Below are positions 15,493 through 19,056 of a stretch of 19,056 nt of DNA, piece by piece; the first letter of the stretch is position 1; the number at the start of each line of letters is the position of its first letter. A program made the translations under genes and the position numbers. The stretch is taken from contig JBMFIM010000015.1 of NCBI GenBank assembly GCA_049976305.1, positions 1-19,056 of the forward strand, in the 5' to 3' direction. Below the pieces are notes generated by a model that worked only from the letters and a program-made list of their open reading frames with translations, ran no database searches and was not told where the DNA came from. This DNA is from Candidatus Micrarchaeia archaeon. Lineage in GTDB: Archaea; Micrarchaeota; Micrarchaeia; Micrarchaeales; CABMGC01.

Positions 15493-17217
15493 ATGCTTAT
15501 TGGCTATGAAACCACAATTGCAATAAACGCCACCTTTTTGCTCCTTATAGTTTCAATATATTTAGGCAGGAAAGACCTTGCTAAGGAATTGAGAAAAGCA
15601 GTAAACAAATATTCGGTTATTGCCCTTTTTCTTATATTGGCATTCTTTATTTCTTTTTCCTTGCTGTTTGTAAAGCCTGCAGAGCAGCTTTACTTTGACG
15701 AAAACATATACCAGGGCATAGCCCTGAACATACTGCACCATGGCAACGCGCTCTGGTGCCAGTTTGGAACTGCGTATGTGGGCAAGTGCTATGCAAACGC
15801 GCTTTACCATGACCCTGTTGGCTGGAGCGTTTTTATAGCAATGGCCTTTGCCCTCTTCGGCGTGGGCACTGCAACCGCATACAACCTTGAGCTCCTTGTT
15901 GGGGCGCTAAGCATAGTGGCAGTTTTTCTTCTTGCCAGCGTATTATTTGAAAATAAAGAACCAGCTGTGCTTGGCACATTTGCATTTGCATTGTCACCGG
16001 AACTTTTCATATGGTCCAGGAGCATGGCTGATATAGACCTTCCTTTCATGATGCTTGCCACATTCTCCTTCTTCTTTTTTGCAGTATTTGCAAAGAGCAG
16101 GAACAGGCGCACGCTTGCCATGTTCCTTTTCAGCATGGTGCTTGCAGCATATATGCGTATAGAAGCAATATTACTTATCCCGCTTTTCATTCTCTTGACT
16201 TTCTTGTTTAGCGAAAATAGCGTAAGAAGCACTATCAACAAAACGATAAAAGGGATCAAGAAGGTTGTTTCCGAAGACGAAAAAACTCTCGCACTACTAT
16301 TATTGGCACTGGTCCTTTTATTTCCACAGTTCCATTATTTGGCTATAGAGATGCAATTGACCATGCAGCCAGGCAGTACAAACTACGGCCAAGCGCCAGG
16401 TCAAAGTGTAATTTCCCTTTCTAACTTCAGGTCATTTATCCCAATAAATTTTGACTATGTGATGGGGCTGATAAACGGCAAGCAGTTTTATCCGGTAGCC
16501 TTCCCTATTTTCTTGGCACCTCTTGCTCTGCTTGGCGCGCTTTTGCTAACTTTTGACGGCAAGGAAAACAGGTTTGGCATACTTGCACTTCTAAGTCTTT
16601 GGCCGCTTATTTACTTTCTATTCTACACCTCTTTTTATGCAGGCTATGCTACCTTCGGAGTAGACGTGAGGTTTATGCTGCAAATTTTGCCTGGCGTTTG
16701 CCTATTGGCAGCGTTTGCAGTGTACAAACTTTCGGGCATAATGATGAGAATTAGAAAATGGAACACAAAAACCAATTATTTAATTATCGCACTGCTTGCT
16801 ATCATATTTTTCATTTATCCTTTTGCACGTTTAATAGGCGTTATAACCTTGCCTCCAAGCCAAATGCCACAGCAGGGGCAAATATACCCAGTAATGCAGG
16901 ATTTCTACAACCTATACAGCAAAGTGCCTGCAAACTGCCTCGTTTTCAGCTCGACGCCAGACATATGGTATGAGGCTGGCAGAGCTGCAGCGCAAGAAGG
17001 CTACATTTTTGGCGCTAACCAAACAATCTCAGGCGAGCTTTCAAAATTCAAGTGTTTTGTATTTGACTATGGATACTGGTGCACAGTGCCACCGCAGCAT
17101 AGCGGCATATGCCAAACAGTGCTGAACAGCTTCAAGACAAAAGTCCTTGCCACAGCAACAACTATGAACGGCTACAATGTAACCTACTACGAGCTTCTAA
17201 ACTATACCCCTTCTTGA
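15493..17217 (+). CDS. GT-C fold multi-pass membrane glycosyltransferase (GT39/PMT/ArnT-like)
   Basis: First external loop LYFDENIY...A, P.GW...A..F.LFG, many TM helices, 'R.E' and 'RF.L..LP' motifs, Cys-containing external C-terminal domain. ATG immediately follows the TAG of the carbamoyltransferase. Confidence 0.8.
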   Translation: MLIGYETTIAINATFLLLIVSIYLGRKDLAKELRKAVNKYSVIALFLILAFFISFSLLFVKPAEQLYFDENIYQGIALNILHHGNALWCQFGTAYVGKCYANALYHDPVGWSVFIAMAFALFGVGTATAYNLELLVGALSIVAVFLLASVLFENKEPAVLGTFAFALSPELFIWSRSMADIDLPFMMLATFSFFFFAVFAKSRNRRTLAMFLFSMVLAAYMRIEAILLIPLFILLTFLFSENSVRSTINKTIKGIKKVVSEDEKTLALLLLALVLLFPQFHYLAIEMQLTMQPGSTNYGQAPGQSVISLSNFRSFIPINFDYVMGLINGKQFYPVAFPIFLAPLALLGALLLTFDGKENRFGILALLSLWPLIYFLFYTSFYAGYATFGVDVRFMLQILPGVCLLAAFAVYKLSGIMMRIRKWNTKTNYLIIALLAIIFFIYPFARLIGVITLPPSQMPQQGQIYPVMQDFYNLYSKVPANCLVFSSTPDIWYEAGRAAAQEGYIFGANQTISGELSKFKCFVFDYGYWCTVPPQHSGICQTVLNSFKTKVLATATTMNGYNVTYYELLNYTPS

Positions 17218-18017
17218 GGCTTATGCTGCCTTCGTTTCCTGTTCCTCAATGCAATAAAGAACACAAACAAGCCAAATATAACTATAATTGCTACTGCCCC
17301 GTAAAGGATAAGCAAGCTAATAGGATAGTGTTTCGCAGGCATGGGAGCTATTAGAAACACGTCTGGCCGCGTGGCGAAGCTTATATTGTTCAAGTAATAT
17401 GAAGCGTAGACTGCTCCGGTAAGTGAAACCCCAGATAGGCCTTTTATGTCAATCTTAAATTGAAGATGCGATGTGTTAGCAGGCGAAAGCATAAGCTGGT
17501 AGTGCGAAGGGCCTACTGCATGCACTCCAGGCGGCAGCAGCAAAGAAACGTTTGCATCAACGCTTTTCTCTCCCCCATTCATCAACGTGACATTTACCAG
17601 CTCCACAGAATTGTTCACATAGTAAGGAGTTGTAGCTACAAACAGCTCGGAAGTTGCTGGCACGCCAAACTCTAGCCAGCATGGGAAAAATACAGAGAAA
17701 AAGGAAGTGCCCTGCTGATACGCGACAATTATGTAGTCTACATAAGTGCCCTTTGCAGTAACATTGGCTAGCTTAATGGAAAAGTTAAATGTAGAGCCTG
17801 GGGAAAGCAAGTTTGTGGAGTAGTTGCCGACTACCTGTGCACCAGATATGTAAGGATTTACTATTACGCTGTAAGCAGAGTCGTTACCTGAATTTGAGAG
17901 GGAGAAGTTGAGAGTGTTGTTTAGCACTAGCGTTTTGCAAGAGCCGGTTAGCACGACAGTCCCTGCAAAAGCGCTTTCTAGCATAGCAAACAAAACAAGC
18001 GGGATGAAGACCTTCAT
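17202..18017 (-). CDS. Secreted membrane-anchored surface protein with two Ig-like (CARDB-like) repeats
   Basis: Signal peptide ending ..SAFA, two segments 'N(F/V)(S/T)L.N.G.....' ... 'LSP(G/A)', about 11 sequons (hand count), C-terminal TM plus RNRKRR. Confidence 0.7.
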   Translation of the reverse strand: MKVFIPLVLFAMLESAFAGTVVLTGSCKTLVLNNTLNFSLSNSGNDSAYSVIVNPYISGAQVVGNYSTNLLSPGSTFNFSIKLANVTAKGTYVDYIIVAYQQGTSFFSVFFPCWLEFGVPATSELFVATTPYYVNNSVELVNVTLMNGGEKSVDANVSLLLPPGVHAVGPSHYQLMLSPANTSHLQFKIDIKGLSGVSLTGAVYASYYLNNISFATRPDVFLIAPMPAKHYPISLLILYGAVAIIVIFGLFVFFIALRNRKRRQHKPQEGV

Positions 18018-18018
18018 T

Positions 18019-18897
18019 TTAACCTAAAAATATTCCTAAGAATAAGTATATTAACTTTGCAGCTAGATAATTTGGGGCGTCAAGGCCAGGTATCGGCGCC
18101 AATTCTGTAAAGTCAGCACCTACTAGATTTTTGCCCTTAGCGATTTCCTTTAACATTTCTATAATCTCTTCAAATTTAAGACCTGCAGGCTCTGGCGTGC
18201 CAATGCTTGGCATTTCTGAAGGGTCTAGCACATCGAAGTCAAAGGTAATATAAACATTCTCTTTGCAAGTTTTGTTTATTTTACTTCCTAAATTTTTTGC
18301 CCCTTCCCTCCGCACGTCGTCTACAAAAAAGACAGTTTTTTTATCAACCGCATTGAAAGATTTCTCATCTATGCTTCTTATTCCGACTTGGAACACGCTG
18401 CTATACATCTCTCTTGCTCGCGCCATAACACTTCCGTGCGAATATTTGGTATCGTTAAGCTCTTCGTAAGTATCGCTATGCGCATCGAACTGCACTATGG
18501 TAAGGTCGATACCTTTTTCTTTTAACGCCTGAAGCGATCCTAAGGCAATTGTGTGCTCACCGCCTATAAGCAATGGCACTTTCTTATCATCTATGATAAT
18601 TGAAACTTCTTTCTTTATTCTTTCAAGCATATGTTCTGGAGAGCTAAAATTGGGCATAAGCTCATCCATTGTATAGATAGGAACTCTCTTGCTTATATCA
18701 AAGCCAAGCTCGTAGCTGAACGGCTCTATGAACCTGCTTGCGTTAATTATTGCTTTAGGGCCTTCGCGAGAGCCCGATTTGTATGAAGAAGTAGAATCGT
18801 ATGGAATGGGCAGAACCACTACCTTTGCCTCTTCATAGCTTGTCTCGATACCAAATAAGGTACATTTAGGCATTGTATTAAGTGGCTGCTTTTGCAT
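18019..18897 (-). CDS. speB: Agmatinase (ureohydrolase family)
   Basis: PYDST.SY..G.REGP, GGEHT, DAHSD, SHG, GIRS, D.DVLDP....GTPEP.G, D..EL.P. Start at ATG 18897 from TATA spacing. Confidence 0.9.
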   Translation of the reverse strand: MQKQPLNTMPKCTLFGIETSYEEAKVVVLPIPYDSTSSYKSGSREGPKAIINASRFIEPFSYELGFDISKRVPIYTMDELMPNFSSPEHMLERIKKEVSIIIDDKKVPLLIGGEHTIALGSLQALKEKGIDLTIVQFDAHSDTYEELNDTKYSHGSVMARAREMYSSVFQVGIRSIDEKSFNAVDKKTVFFVDDVRREGAKNLGSKINKTCKENVYITFDFDVLDPSEMPSIGTPEPAGLKFEEIIEMLKEIAKGKNLVGADFTELAPIPGLDAPNYLAAKLIYLFLGIFLG

Positions 18898-18918
18898 AAT
18901 TTGCTTATGCGCATCAAA

Positions 18919-18926
18919 TTTATAAA
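18919..18926 (-). promoter_or_regulatory. TATA box for speB
   Basis: TTTATAAA, 21 nt before ATG 18897. Confidence 0.55.
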
Positions 18927-18988
18927 TCCAATAAATGGCCTTTATAAAAATAAACAAATTATATTAAACCTTCAAATTACTTTTTGAA

Positions 18989-19056
18989 TTAGCACGTATT
19001 CCCCTTAAATATACCGATGAAATCTTTAGTAAGATTTTGTGAAACAGAATAGCTTG
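18989..19056 (-). CDS. Possible 3' end of a gene entering from the right edge
   Basis: An open minus-strand frame SYSVSQNLTKDFIGIFKGNTC ends in TAA at 18991-18989. Too short to be sure. Confidence 0.3.
   Translation of the reverse strand, partial: SYSVSQNLTKDFIGIFKGNTC

Noticed and set aside
12762..17217. Antibiotic or RiPP biosynthetic cluster (carbamoyltransferase + MccF-like immunity + radical SAM)
   Set aside because: There is no precursor peptide, scaffold synthase, adenylating ThiF/MccB enzyme or exporter nearby. Coupling to GT-C and GT2 favours envelope glycosylation, although this alternative is not formally excluded.
19017..19052. Plus-strand ORF MKSLVRFCETE
   Set aside because: Only 11 codons, with no supporting evidence.
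1..19056. CRISPR array, transposase, provirus, defence system or recoded stop codons
   Set aside because: No regularly spaced repeats or mobile-element motifs were seen, and all recognised genes are full-length in the standard code without frameshifts.

Overview
Gene-dense archaeal chromosomal segment, most likely from a DPANN archaeon of the Micrarchaeota type. This placement is an inference from the S-layer-type N-terminus, the class III signal-peptide protein, the archaeal secF-secD order, TATA promoters with leaderless starts, a tRNA without encoded CCA, and tiny or overlapping intergenic spacers. In order, the window holds: the 5' end of a probable S-layer protein gene, amrS, an N-sequon-rich membrane-anchored surface protein, a radical SAM enzyme that has lost its auxiliary-cluster cysteines, secD/secF, a small membrane protein, tRNA-Leu(CAG), an APC permease, ychF, a pilin-like protein with Kelch-like repeats, a GT2 glycosyltransferase, an extended-SDR sugar epimerase with YxxxR, a tightly coupled S66 peptidase / NodU-CmcH carbamoyltransferase / GT-C glycosyltransferase operon, a second anchored surface protein and agmatinase. 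I saw no mobile element, CRISPR array or rRNA. The best candidate for an undescribed system is a surface-glycan tailoring locus (10.9-17.2 kb) that may carbamoylate a glycan, with an unexplained LD-carboxypeptidase-family peptidase as the first gene of its three-gene operon. All family calls come from motif recognition by eye; no database searches were run.
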